From IMG/VR virus record IMGVR_UViG_3300032307_000691: a stretch of 64,000 nt of DNA; one strand, written 5' to 3'. Position numbers and translations under genes: made by a program. This stretch comes from a virus (lineage: Duplodnaviria > Heunggongvirae > Uroviricota > Caudoviricetes). Below the pieces are notes generated by a model. It was not told the DNA's origin. It did not search any database and was given only the letters and a program-made list of their open reading frames with translations. This document shows positions 46,047 through 56,234 of the stretch, in pieces (position 1 is the stretch's first letter; every line of letters starts with the position of its first letter).

Positions 46047-46309
46047 TCGTCAATATTGAAATCATCATTCAAGTACTCTTGGTACTTTACTTGAATCATG
46101 TGTGTGTAATGTTGTTCTCTTGTGTGTCTTTGGATAGTTTCAACAACCGCATCCGCGTGTCCCTGTCCAAACTTTTCTACCATCTCGGTATACTCATCAG
46201 TATTTTCGAAGTCCAATAAATGGTCAACCACCTCATATACTTTAGTGGATGCTAATGGTTCGAAATCATCAAAGGTTAGTTTTAAATTTTCCATAACAAT
46301 AAATATCAA
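46043..46309 (-). CDS. hypothetical protein (88 aa)
   Basis: ORF track. Confidence 0.45.
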   Translation of the reverse strand: MIFIVMENLKLTFDDFEPLASTKVYEVVDHLLDFENTDEYTEMVEKFGQGHADAVVETIQRHTREQHYTHMIQVKYQEYLNDDFNIDE

Positions 46310-47508
46310 TTACTTAAAGGTGCCTTAATTGATGGGTGAGATTGGTAATTCAACAATTCAAAATTATGAATACTGTAATAATCCAAATCTAACTTATTTG
46401 GGTCCGGTTTCCCAAATTCAAATAAGGTAGGACTTATTTTTAATATGGGTAACTTAAATGGTTCTCTAGTATGTCTTGGTATTTCATATTCATCGTATGC
46501 CCAACTTAAACCTCCACCAAATGGTACCAAATCTTTTACCGCGGAATTATAATTCTTCTCACCCATTGCATTTTTTAATAACGTAATTCTCTCTTCATGA
46601 GAATACTTTCTACCAATTTGTTCTTTAGCTTGTTCAATATGATTTAGATATAAGTGTGTGTCACCCAAGTTTCCAATCAATTCATCTGGAATCATATTTA
46701 CTTCTTTTGCGATAATTTCGAGTAACAAAGCATAACTCGCTATATTGAATGGTAATCCTAAAAAAGTATCAACTGAACGTTGATTCCACATTAATGAGAT
46801 TGCTCGTTTTGGAACTCTCAAACTATCCATATGGACGTGATGATAATCCGAACTTCTACCCAACGGGTCTTTTGTTTTGTTGTAATAATCGATTCGTTCA
46901 TCCAAGTTCAACTCTCTTGTATAAACTTGAAACCCATAATGACAAGGTGGAAGTACCATTCGGTTTAATTCACCTACATTCCAAGCATTAACCATTAATC
47001 GTCTTGAGTCAGGATTTGTTTTAAGGTCGTTGATTAGGTTTACGATTTGGTCTGTGTTAGAATTTAATCCTTCCCAACTTCTCCATTGTTCACCATAGAT
47101 TGGACCTAATTCACCCCACTTTTTAGCAAACTCATCATCGGTTTTGATTTTGTTGATGAAGTCTTCTTTAGAAATTAAAATTCGAGTTTCGTGAAAATCT
47201 TTATCATTCTCATTAGGTCGACTATTGTTTAAATAATTCATATACGCATCACCATCCCAAATATGACAACCATTATCAACAAGGAACTTGATATTTGTAT
47301 CACCACGAAGGAACCATAATAACTCGGTCACCATAGTTTTCCAAGCCATCTTCTTAGTAGTTAGAAGAGGAAACCCTTCACTCATCTTATGACGGATTTG
47401 TCTACCGAATACTGAAATAGTGCCGGTACCTGTTCTGTCTTTCTTCTCCACACCATTATCTATGATGTCCTGAAGAAGTTTCTGATATTGCTTATCAATG
47501 TTATTCAT
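46306..47508 (-). CDS. thyA: thymidylate synthase family protein with large insertions (ThyA; a dNMP hydroxymethylase cannot be excluded)
   Basis: GFPLLTTKK...LLWFLRGDTN, GPIYGEQWRSW, LPPCHYGFQVYT, DTFLGLPFNIASYALLLEIIA...GDTHLY; about 400 aa versus roughly 264-316 typical. Confidence 0.75.
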   Translation of the reverse strand: MNNIDKQYQKLLQDIIDNGVEKKDRTGTGTISVFGRQIRHKMSEGFPLLTTKKMAWKTMVTELLWFLRGDTNIKFLVDNGCHIWDGDAYMNYLNNSRPNENDKDFHETRILISKEDFINKIKTDDEFAKKWGELGPIYGEQWRSWEGLNSNTDQIVNLINDLKTNPDSRRLMVNAWNVGELNRMVLPPCHYGFQVYTRELNLDERIDYYNKTKDPLGRSSDYHHVHMDSLRVPKRAISLMWNQRSVDTFLGLPFNIASYALLLEIIAKEVNMIPDELIGNLGDTHLYLNHIEQAKEQIGRKYSHEERITLLKNAMGEKNYNSAVKDLVPFGGGLSWAYDEYEIPRHTREPFKLPILKISPTLFEFGKPDPNKLDLDYYSIHNFELLNYQSHPSIKAPLSN

Positions 47509-47870
47509 TATTCAAATGTTTGAATTTTGGCGTCAACCTCTTTTAATTCTGACCATGTTCCAAGATATGTGATTGCTCTAACCTTTCGGTTATCAATCCA
47601 TACATATTCTTGACCATCTTTTATTCTTGGTTTATCCATAACTAAACCATGGTATCTAAATCCTTTTTCTTTTAACCATGTCTCAGTTACTTCTCTGTCT
47701 TTACTTTCCCTTGCGGTAAAGAAAGTAATGATATGACCTTCATCATACCATTTGTTAATTATTTCTAATGCTCTTGGGAAATGATTCGCCGTCGGGTAAA
47801 GATGTGAATCTTCATTTTTGATGTCATCACAGACCGTACCATCAATGTCAATTAAAAATACCTTATTCAT
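47508..47870 (-). CDS. HAD-like phosphatase
   Basis: VFLIDIDGTVCD DxDGT motif. Confidence 0.55.
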   Translation of the reverse strand: MNKVFLIDIDGTVCDDIKNEDSHLYPTANHFPRALEIINKWYDEGHIITFFTARESKDREVTETWLKEKGFRYHGLVMDKPRIKDGQEYVWIDNRKVRAITYLGTWSELKEVDAKIQTFE

Positions 47871-48096
47871 TTTCTTTTATAATCTCATAACCTTTTTGTG
47901 ATTGGAATCCAATCATTATAGTTAACCACCTGAAAGCAAATCCCCAAGCAGGTGTGTAGACACCGGTTTCAAGAAATGTATCTTTCCTGTAAAAAAATAC
48001 GACAGTTGGAATAATAAACCAATGGTATCTCTTATTATAGATAAAGAAATCTTTATCCCAAGTTGTCCTCATTTTCATTTTGTTCTCGCTTTTCAT
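47863..48096 (-). CDS. hypothetical protein (77 aa)
   Basis: ORF track. Confidence 0.4.
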   Translation of the reverse strand: MKSENKMKMRTTWDKDFFIYNKRYHWFIIPTVVFFYRKDTFLETGVYTPAWGFAFRWLTIMIGFQSQKGYEIIKENE

Positions 48097-48283
48097 CTTT
48101 CAATTTTGTTATGCATTTGAAAATACAATACGATTCATCTATGGTAAACGCACCTTGAATGTTGGCATGTGATAACGCTAAATCAATAATGGTAAGTGCT
48201 TGATTTGGTTCAATCTCTTCTAACCAATCAATCAAATCTTTTTTATTATCGTATTCAAATGATTCCCCAAATAAATTTGGCAT
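48053..48283 (-). CDS. hypothetical protein (76 aa)
   Basis: ORF track. Confidence 0.4.
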   Translation of the reverse strand: MPNLFGESFEYDNKKDLIDWLEEIEPNQALTIIDLALSHANIQGAFTIDESYCIFKCITKLKDEKREQNENEDNLG

Positions 48284-48294
48284 ATGTTTAAGTT

Positions 48295-48615
48295 TTAATC
48301 GTCGTAATCTCCGGTGGTTCTTCTTAGAAGTTTATCCACTTCGTCTTCTCTTTCCTTTAATTCAATGATTCTTATGTAATAAGCATTGTCATCAGATTCG
48401 GGGGCTTCCGCTTTAATGTTTTTATCAAACCACTTCGCGAACCATTTCCCCTTGTACATCAAAACTTGGCATCTTTCACCAAATTCATCAGCATCTACTT
48501 TGTCCAGTAAACCTTCATCAACAAGTTTATTCAATACGATTTCTTTAACCTTGTTAAAGTTTGACATTTCTGAAGTTAAGTCCATATCTATCGTCTTTTT
48601 TAAAATATAACACAA
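48295..48615 (-). CDS. hypothetical protein (106 aa)
   Basis: ORF track. Confidence 0.5.
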   Translation of the reverse strand: MCYILKKTIDMDLTSEMSNFNKVKEIVLNKLVDEGLLDKVDADEFGERCQVLMYKGKWFAKWFDKNIKAEAPESDDNAYYIRIIELKEREDEVDKLLRRTTGDYDD

Positions 48616-48646
48616 ATATACGAGAAATCCAAATAATTATAGAAAT

Positions 48647-49012
48647 ATGTTAGCAATAGTAAACGGAAAACAATTCCAAGGAGAATACCTAACCCAACCC
48701 CATGAGATTCAAAAAGGAATGATGGGTAGAGATTCTCTTGATGGTTGTATGGTTTTTAAAATGGGAATGGGGCATCACACGTTTTGGATGAAAAACTGTG
48801 TTATCCCATTAGATATTGTATTTGTAAACAAGAATAGAATTTCCCATATACATCAGAATTGTCCTCCCGCAGATTCACACGATATGAATCCACCGAGGTA
48901 TACTGGTATCGGTGACCACGTAATAGAATTCCCTGCAGGTACCTGTCAAGGTTGGAAGGTTGGGGATAAGGTTAACCTCTATCTTGGTACTCCACAGAAC
49001 CCTGTGGGATAA
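48647..49012 (+). CDS. DUF192-family protein
   Basis: HTFWMKNCVIPLDIVFVNKNRI matches the DUF192/COG1430 core. Confidence 0.5.
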   Translation: MLAIVNGKQFQGEYLTQPHEIQKGMMGRDSLDGCMVFKMGMGHHTFWMKNCVIPLDIVFVNKNRISHIHQNCPPADSHDMNPPRYTGIGDHVIEFPAGTCQGWKVGDKVNLYLGTPQNPVG

Positions 49013-49672
49013 AATCGTAAGTAACCTTCGGTTTCACTTTCTCGAATACCCAAAAATAACTGTGGTACTTTCTTGCGTGGTGTTGTTTTGACCACTTGGT
49101 TCCGTTAAATGCATTCACTCTGATGTTGGAAGTTAAGACAAACATATCTCTTGGATAGAATCCAAGTGAGTATGCCATGTTCATAACCATAACGTGACTG
49201 AAATATTGTTTACCACCTGACACTGTGTCCTGACATTTCATCACCACAAATCCACCATCTTCACACAACCTGTAAAGTTCTTTGAGTGTGTTGTAGTAAT
49301 TTGATTTTAAATCATCGTAGGTTCCATAACCCTCAAATCTTTTAGCGATGATAGAACTTCCTTCTCTATTGTTTCTGTAACGAGCTCCACTACCAACAAT
49401 AACGAATGGTGGGTCGTACATGATATTTTTCATTGAACCTGATTCAAACGGTAAGTCCTCTGAGTTTGCCTCAATGACATGGTCGTAATGGGGATAAAGG
49501 TCGGTCTTATGTACCGGGTCGGGTAATCCCTTCCAAAAGTTTCCTTTTGAATAGGTACAATCCAAATCGAATCGTTCAATACCGTACAAATGCATGATAT
49601 TAGTAATTGCTTCGTGGTTAGAGGTATACACACTCTTTACCATCTTAAAATCTTTATCCATAGTTATCATAT
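48972..49672 (-). CDS. DNA N6-adenine/N4-cytosine methyltransferase-like protein
   Basis: IMYDPPF motif-IV-like DPPF; start trimmed to MITMDKDF. Confidence 0.45.
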
Positions 49673-49680
49673 CGTTGAAT

Positions 49681-49713
49681 TTACTAAAATATAAATAAAA
49701 ATTTTCAAATAAC
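49681..49713 (-). promoter_or_regulatory. 33-nt conserved AT-box (copy 1 of 2)
   Basis: tactaaaatataaataaaaattttcaaataacc; 29/33 identical to 62243..62275; 9 nt upstream of start 49672. Confidence 0.5.
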
Positions 49714-49805
49714 CAAACAACCCTACACATTGTCTCAAAAACCTCGTATACTTAGATAGAAACTTTTAAGAAGTAACATAATTATAAGAAAAAGAAATCA
49801 ATATT

Positions 49806-49982
49806 ATGGGATGTGGATGTAAAAAAAGAAACCAAACTCCGGTTCAACCTTCGAACACGGTAGTGATGACTGAAGGTCAATCAACGACTCAAGAAATCAA
49901 TCTTGTTGACCAACAACAAGTGGAATTATTGGTGAAGAAAATCGAAGAAATTAACGATTCCTTAGAAGAATCTGAACAATAA
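49806..49982 (+). CDS. small protein (58 aa) with MGCGCKK N-terminus, not in ORF track
   Basis: ATG at 49806-49808, TAA at 49980-49982; followed by a terminator. Confidence 0.35.
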   Translation: MGCGCKKRNQTPVQPSNTVVMTEGQSTTQEINLVDQQQVELLVKKIEEINDSLEESEQ

Positions 49983-49992
49983 TCACAACACT

Positions 49993-50020
49993 AATCGCGA
50001 CATCATGTCGTGATTTTTTT
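49993..50020 (+). terminator. rho-independent terminator
   Basis: aatcgcgacatcatgtcgtgatt hairpin followed by TTTTTTT. Confidence 0.55.
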
Positions 50021-50078
50021 ATCTAACCTATATATATTTATTATATACAGATATAATTTTTATATAAAATATTAAACA

Positions 50079-50282
50079 ATGAGTAAAGAATCTAACACTA
50101 AGCTAACTAGCGTAAAAATCATCGACAAGAACTACTACGAATTCAAAAGAGTTACTCTCGGTTCCGATTTGACATTACAAAAATTTGTCAATAGAGCAAT
50201 TGATTTATACCTGAGAGAACACGACTTTAAGAATAAGATTGATATCCACGAAACAGGTGGAGTTAAAAATTCCAAGTACTAA
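50079..50282 (+). CDS. small putative DNA-binding regulator (ribbon-helix-helix-like)
   Basis: 67 aa; first gene of the plus-strand glycosyltransferase island; the RHH assignment is tentative. Confidence 0.35.
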   Translation: MSKESNTKLTSVKIIDKNYYEFKRVTLGSDLTLQKFVNRAIDLYLREHDFKNKIDIHETGGVKNSKY

Positions 50283-50285
50283 TTC

Positions 50286-51644
50286 ATGAAGAAAAAGATT
50301 TTATTATTATCCGATGATTTGAGAATGACATCGGGAGTCGCAACCATGTCCAAAGAAATTGTACTTGGGACCATACACAAATATGATTGGGTACAATTGG
50401 GCGGTGCATTAAACCATCCTGAAGCCGGTAAGATTGTCGACATTAATGAAGATGTGAGAAAAAGAACAGGTGTTAAGGATGCCAATTTAAAAGTGATTCC
50501 AAACAATGGTTATGGAAATATTTTCACTTTAAGAATGTTAATGGAGGTTGAGAAACCTGATGCCATTTTACATTTCACCGACCCACATTATTGGCAATGG
50601 TTGTACGATGCGGAACATGAGATAAGACAACAAATTCCTATTCTATATTATCATGTTTGGGATAACCTACCCGACCCAACCTATAACAGAAACATCTATG
50701 AGAGTTGTGATTGGATTGGTTGTATCTCTAAACAAACATATGGTTTAGTTAAACGAGTTAGTTCAATTGATACTGAGGAAACATTCCAACCATTAAAGGA
50801 TTGGCAAGTTAGTTACGTTCCTCACGGTATTAATCCTGATGTGTTTAAACCGGTGGATACGTTGTCAGATGATTTACGTAAACATATCTTCGGTGAGAAA
50901 GATTACGAATTCATTTTATTCTTCAATAACAGAAACATTAAAAGGAAACAACCAGCTGATGTGATTCTATCATATAAACTATTCTGCGATTCTTTAACGA
51001 AAGAACAATCAGAGAAATGTTTATTGTTGATGCACACAACACCAATTGATGAGAACGGGACCGACTTAACTGTCGTATCTAAATCATTGTGTCCCGATTA
51101 TGATATTAAGTTTATTGATTTAAAATTAGAACAAGATAAATTAAATGAACTTTATAATATTGTTGATTGCACCATTAACATTTCAAACAATGAAGGTTTT
51201 GGTTTAGGTACCGCAGAGAGTATCATGGCGGGAACTCCAATCATTGTAAATGTTACCGGTGGATTACAAGACCAATGTGGTTTTAATTATACCGCGGAGA
51301 ACTATGTAACATTTGGTTCATTACACAATAAGAAGGTACATGGGTCAACAAAACACGGCGAGTGGGTTGTTCCGGTATGGTCGGATGTGAACAACCTAAA
51401 TGGTTCTATCCCCACACCATTCATTTATGAAGACCGAGTTAACAATAATATTGTTGCAGGTGCAATTGGTGAAGTATATGGTTGGGGTAGAGAAGAAAGA
51501 AAACGTAGAGGTTTAGTTGGTAGGGAATGGGCAATCGAAAACCTATCAAGTAAAGTAATGTGTGATGGAATTATAGATGGAATTGAAACCACTTTAAAAA
51601 AATATAAACCCCGTAAACGATTTGATTTATATAAGATAGTATGA
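50286..51644 (+). CDS. glycosyltransferase (GT4/GT1-like)
   Basis: C-terminal EGFGLGTAESIMAGTPII matches the GT4 E(G)FG...G.P(I/V)I signature. Confidence 0.65.
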   Translation: MKKKILLLSDDLRMTSGVATMSKEIVLGTIHKYDWVQLGGALNHPEAGKIVDINEDVRKRTGVKDANLKVIPNNGYGNIFTLRMLMEVEKPDAILHFTDPHYWQWLYDAEHEIRQQIPILYYHVWDNLPDPTYNRNIYESCDWIGCISKQTYGLVKRVSSIDTEETFQPLKDWQVSYVPHGINPDVFKPVDTLSDDLRKHIFGEKDYEFILFFNNRNIKRKQPADVILSYKLFCDSLTKEQSEKCLLLMHTTPIDENGTDLTVVSKSLCPDYDIKFIDLKLEQDKLNELYNIVDCTINISNNEGFGLGTAESIMAGTPIIVNVTGGLQDQCGFNYTAENYVTFGSLHNKKVHGSTKHGEWVVPVWSDVNNLNGSIPTPFIYEDRVNNNIVAGAIGEVYGWGREERKRRGLVGREWAIENLSSKVMCDGIIDGIETTLKKYKPRKRFDLYKIV

Positions 51645-52888
51645 GTAAACCATTTTTACTTTTTAGAGGACCAGTAGAAACCGTTAGTGGTTATGGTGCA
51701 CATTCGAGAGATTTATTAAGAGCACTACGTGATATGGATTTATTTGATATTCGTATTGATTCTTGTCATTGGGGTGCAACACCAAGAACCGCGTTAAATA
51801 AGAATGATGAATTCAGTAAATGGATTTATGCAAACAAAATAACAACCTTATCTGCCACACCTGACATCTATGTTCAAGTGACGGTACCGAATGAGTTTCA
51901 AAGAGTTGGTAAGTTTAATATAGGAATCACAGCAGGTATTGAAACTACCGCAGCACCAAAGGAATGGGTTGATGGGTGTAATAGAATGGATTTGATTATA
52001 ACAACTTCTAATTTTAGTAGGGATGTTCTTCTTCAAACCGTCTTCAATGAAACCGATAAGTTAACAGGCAAACTTGTTAAACAATATAAAATCGAAAGAC
52101 CGATTGAGGTTCTCTTCGAGGGTGTCGATACCGACGTGTACAATAATAAATTCACAAGTCTCGATGTTGATATTAAGGAAGATTTTTGTTATCTTTTTGT
52201 TGGTCACTGGTTGAAAGGTGACATTGGTCAGGATAGAAAGGATGTTGGTATGTTAATTAAATCATTTGTTGAGTCGTTCAAGGATACTGAGGACCAACCA
52301 GCATTAGTTTTAAAAACATCATCAGCAGGATTTTCTGTGAAGGAAAGAGAAACCTTCAAAAAGAAAATTAAAGACTTGGTGAAGGGTATTGAGAATCCTC
52401 CATCGATTTACCTTCTGTTCGGACAACTAACCGATAACGAAATGAACGAATTATATAATCACCCAAGAATTAAAAGCATGATTACTCTTACTAAGGGTGA
52501 AGGATTCGGTCGACCACTACTTGAATTTTCAATGACAGGTAAACCAATCATCGCATCCAATTGGTCAGGACATAGAGATTTCTTACCTATGGATAAAGCA
52601 ATTATGATTGGTGGAGCATTAACAGATGTTCATTCAAGTGCGGTTGACAATTTCATTGTTAAGGATTCTAAATGGTTCACTGCAAATTATTCGGAAGCAA
52701 TAGAAGTAATGAAGATTGTAAAGAGAGATTATGATGAGTTCTATGAGAAATCTCAAATTTTGATGGAAGAAAATAAAGAGAAGTTCTCAATGGAAAGAAT
52801 GAAAGAAGTGTTTCAATCAATCATCACACCGTATGTTGTTAAACCAAAAGAAGTTAAAATAAATTTACCTCAATTAACTAAATTATAA
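51641..52888 (+). CDS. glycosyltransferase (GT4/GT1-like)
   Basis: GEGFGRPLLEFSMTGKPIIASNWSGH. Confidence 0.6.
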   Translation: MSKPFLLFRGPVETVSGYGAHSRDLLRALRDMDLFDIRIDSCHWGATPRTALNKNDEFSKWIYANKITTLSATPDIYVQVTVPNEFQRVGKFNIGITAGIETTAAPKEWVDGCNRMDLIITTSNFSRDVLLQTVFNETDKLTGKLVKQYKIERPIEVLFEGVDTDVYNNKFTSLDVDIKEDFCYLFVGHWLKGDIGQDRKDVGMLIKSFVESFKDTEDQPALVLKTSSAGFSVKERETFKKKIKDLVKGIENPPSIYLLFGQLTDNEMNELYNHPRIKSMITLTKGEGFGRPLLEFSMTGKPIIASNWSGHRDFLPMDKAIMIGGALTDVHSSAVDNFIVKDSKWFTANYSEAIEVMKIVKRDYDEFYEKSQILMEENKEKFSMERMKEVFQSIITPYVVKPKEVKINLPQLTKL

Positions 52889-53163
52889 TGGGATTAAGTA
52901 GTTTTAAATTTGGTAGAGATAACTATACAAAGGAATTTACACTAACCAATGATTATCTACCTTTATTAAGAATTGCTCCGGCAATAACATTTCAACAAAC
53001 AGAGTGGGTGTTTCAGTTTGATGATGAACAGCCGGTGGTATTTGCTTCACAACAAGAAGAACCCAACCTAACCATCACACTCAACAACACAAATCACGCA
53101 TCAATAGAATTCACAGACAATAACAGAAGATTTAAAATATTCGCAAGGGAGAGACAACAATGA
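52888..53163 (+). CDS. hypothetical protein (91 aa)
   Basis: ORF track; translationally coupled. Confidence 0.45.
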   Translation: MGLSSFKFGRDNYTKEFTLTNDYLPLLRIAPAITFQQTEWVFQFDDEQPVVFASQQEEPNLTITLNNTNHASIEFTDNNRRFKIFARERQQ

Positions 53164-53786
53164 AAATCAGCTATGGAATCACGGTATGTAATGAGTTAGA
53201 GGAAATCAAACGATTGGTACCTCTATTAATTGAGAACAAAAGAATTGAGGATGAAATCATAATTCTTTTTGATGACAAAAATGGAAGTCAAGAAGTTTTA
53301 GATTTCTTATTACCATTTAATAAATTACCAAATGTTCAAACGTGGAGAGGTTTGGTATTTGTAAATGATTTTGCGATATGGAAAAATAAACTGAATGGTT
53401 ATTGTTCAGGAGATTATATTTTCCAACTTGATGCAGATGAATTAATTACAAAAGAACTAATATTGAATTTACCGGAAGTAATCGAATCTAATCCTGAGGT
53501 GGACTTGTTTGTATTCCCACGAATTAATACCGTGAAAGGAATCACAGACGAACACATTAAAATGTGGGGATGGAGAATGGACGATAAAGGTAGAATCAAT
53601 TTCCCCGATTGGCAAGGAAGATTATATAAGAAGGGTTTAAATTGGCACGGAAAGGTTCATGAAAAGATTGTGGGTGCTAAAACCTATTCTCTCATGCCCG
53701 AAGATGAGGGGTACTGTCTTATCCACGAGAAAACAATTGAAAGACAAGAAAGACAAAATAATTTTTATTCTAAAATAACTAAGTAA
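53160..53786 (+). CDS. glycosyltransferase family 2
   Basis: YGITVCNELEEIKRL...FDDKNG...QLDADE (DxD). Confidence 0.6.
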   Translation: MKISYGITVCNELEEIKRLVPLLIENKRIEDEIIILFDDKNGSQEVLDFLLPFNKLPNVQTWRGLVFVNDFAIWKNKLNGYCSGDYIFQLDADELITKELILNLPEVIESNPEVDLFVFPRINTVKGITDEHIKMWGWRMDDKGRINFPDWQGRLYKKGLNWHGKVHEKIVGAKTYSLMPEDEGYCLIHEKTIERQERQNNFYSKITK

Positions 53787-54580
53787 TGGTTAAAATCATA
53801 TCCAATTATTCTGGTTTAGGTGGGTCCACCATAATCTTAATTAACTTAACAAATCTATTCAACAGTAAAGGTATCAAAACAACATTCTATGGTCCACACG
53901 ATTACCACATGGATAAGTGTGACGGTAAAAAACTAACAGATTTAAAATTAGATAAAGATGATATCTTACTGACCCATTTTTTTAAATTTGATAAGAGACC
54001 GAATGTGAAACGTGTGGTATTGGCATCACATGAAAAATGGTGGTTTGAGATTGCAGATTGTCCGAGATATTTTGATACAGTTGTTTTCAATCATGAGGAA
54101 CAACGAAACTATCATAGTAGATATGACGGACCATATGTTCTAATACCCAATCCAAAAGATGTTACATCACCACTTTACGCAATTGACAAACCTGAAAAGG
54201 AAATGATTGCTGGTGTTATTGGTAGTATTGAGACAAGGAAACAAACTCACCTATCAATAGAAAGAGCTCTTGAGGATGGGTGTGAGAAAGTATTGGTGTA
54301 CGGTAAGATAATGGATGATGCATATTTTAAAAAATATTGTAGAAAATATGAATACCATCCAAACGTAAAATTCATGTGGCAAACTGACAATAAACAAGAA
54401 ATGTATAATAGTATTGGTCGAGTTTATCACATGTCAAAGGGTGAAGTTTCATGTTTAGTAAAAGATGAATGTCATTACACAAATACCAAATTCTTTGGTA
54501 ATGAACAAACTGAACACGTGGTATCAGATTTAACCAATGATGATATTTTCTTATTGTGGAAAGATGTTTTAAAATTTTAA
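53786..54580 (+). CDS. hypothetical protein, possible glycosyltransferase accessory (264 aa)
   Basis: ORF track; in-operon position. Confidence 0.45.
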   Translation: MVKIISNYSGLGGSTIILINLTNLFNSKGIKTTFYGPHDYHMDKCDGKKLTDLKLDKDDILLTHFFKFDKRPNVKRVVLASHEKWWFEIADCPRYFDTVVFNHEEQRNYHSRYDGPYVLIPNPKDVTSPLYAIDKPEKEMIAGVIGSIETRKQTHLSIERALEDGCEKVLVYGKIMDDAYFKKYCRKYEYHPNVKFMWQTDNKQEMYNSIGRVYHMSKGEVSCLVKDECHYTNTKFFGNEQTEHVVSDLTNDDIFLLWKDVLKF

Positions 54581-54583
54581 TGG

Positions 54584-55687
54584 ATGGACATTAGTTTAGT
54601 ACTTGCAGTATTCAATAAATTAGATTTAACTAAGGATTGTTATAAAAGAATCCGTGAAATTTATCCCGACGCACCACTTGTTATCAGTAGTGGTGGTTCT
54701 ACAGATGGAACTAAGGAATGGTTAGAGTCACTAGCCGATGATAACCTATCTTACATTCATGACGATGATAAGTTAGTTTTTTCAGAGAACTACAATGCTG
54801 CAATCAAGTTAGTGGATACTGAAAAGTTAGTGTTGATTCACAACGATATGGTCATTGGGAGACACTTTCTTGAGAATTTGGATAGATTACTCACGCCAGA
54901 CACTTTGTTGTCTTATACGACCTTAGAACCACCGATTTTTAAGGGACATAACAGACCCGGTAAGGTAATTGTAGATATGGGTTATGGTTTCCACGATTTC
55001 AAATGGTTAGAGTTTGACAAATATGTTGAAGAGAATAAATCAGATTGTAGAATATACGATGGTGCAGTATTCTTCATGAGTGGATACAAGAAGATGTTTG
55101 AGGATGTTGGGTTCTTTGATGGGTTTAGTTTCGTACCGGCATTTGCTGAGGACGATGATTTCTTAATCAGGGCCAAACTCAAAGGTTACAAATTAAAAAC
55201 AACCACTTGTGCAATCACCTATCACTTTGTTTCTCAAACATCAAGGTTTAGTGATGACTTTAAGAATGATAGAATGAAGTATGAGATTAACTCAAATAGA
55301 AACTTTGTTCGTAAGTGGGGCATACCCATCCCCGCATTTAATGAATTGAGGTATTGGGAGGATTCTTTGTTTACTTATAAAACATTTACCATGGGCTTAA
55401 CTACCCGAAATCGTTCAAGGTTATATGAGATTGAACCATTCTTCGATAAGATTGATTTAGGGATAATTCCTGAGGATTATTTGGAGAATGAACAGAAGAA
55501 CACCCGTTATGATTTAAGGTCAAAATTTGTCCTTACTGACGTTGTGGATGTAATGGTATATGAACTAAGTCCTTTGACCGATGAGGACATTTACACCCTA
55601 CAAAAATTGCGTTTATCGATACCACATTACCCCATTGGGGAATACAAGATTGGTTCGATGAAAATAGAAATAAAAAAGGGGGTATAA
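54584..55687 (+). CDS. glycosyltransferase family 2
   Basis: ISLVLAVFNKLDLTKDCYKRI...SSGGSTDGT...IHNDMVI. Confidence 0.6.
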   Translation: MDISLVLAVFNKLDLTKDCYKRIREIYPDAPLVISSGGSTDGTKEWLESLADDNLSYIHDDDKLVFSENYNAAIKLVDTEKLVLIHNDMVIGRHFLENLDRLLTPDTLLSYTTLEPPIFKGHNRPGKVIVDMGYGFHDFKWLEFDKYVEENKSDCRIYDGAVFFMSGYKKMFEDVGFFDGFSFVPAFAEDDDFLIRAKLKGYKLKTTTCAITYHFVSQTSRFSDDFKNDRMKYEINSNRNFVRKWGIPIPAFNELRYWEDSLFTYKTFTMGLTTRNRSRLYEIEPFFDKIDLGIIPEDYLENEQKNTRYDLRSKFVLTDVVDVMVYELSPLTDEDIYTLQKLRLSIPHYPIGEYKIGSMKIEIKKGV

Positions 55688-55698
55688 ACCCCCTTTAA
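55673..55698. terminator. bidirectional rho-independent terminator
   Basis: AAAAAGGGGGTATAAACCCCCTTTAA between convergent genes. Confidence 0.65.
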
Positions 55699-55717
55699 CC
55701 ACTCTAACTACTCGAAC

Positions 55718-56182
55718 TTATTCATTTGGTTTTTGTACCAACATGAACAATAAGTTATAATCGTCCGTTGTTTCTCCGACCTTTTCCAAATCTTCCATTG
55801 TTAGTGGCGTGTATTCAATCTCCTTGTCTTCGCCTAACAAAGCATTGAATTCGTTTTGGAATTCCACATATTGTGGGTTGAGTTCTCGTGAGATGACTTT
55901 ATCGTTTTCATCTTTTTGCTCGATGAATACGCCAATTTGAATTCCACCTTTACCATCATCCTCACCATGTTTTTGAATGATTTCATCACGAAGTGTTTCG
56001 ATTGCTTTGCGTTCAGCGGCCAATCTATCACCCAACTCGCTCAACCAATATTTTGTCTTTAGAGGTAGTTTATGTTTTCTAAAACCCACGAACACTTCTT
56101 TTCCGTTCTGTGGATTTACAAACCCATTAATCTCACTTTCTAATTGTAGGACCTGTCCTAATTTTAATGTTAGTTTTGCCAT
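55718..56182 (-). CDS. hypothetical protein (154 aa)
   Basis: ORF track. Confidence 0.5.
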   Translation of the reverse strand: MAKLTLKLGQVLQLESEINGFVNPQNGKEVFVGFRKHKLPLKTKYWLSELGDRLAAERKAIETLRDEIIQKHGEDDGKGGIQIGVFIEQKDENDKVISRELNPQYVEFQNEFNALLGEDKEIEYTPLTMEDLEKVGETTDDYNLLFMLVQKPNE

Positions 56183-56234
56183 TTTAATATTTTATTTTTT
56201 CTTTATTATACGAATTATTTTTTGATTTGTCAAG

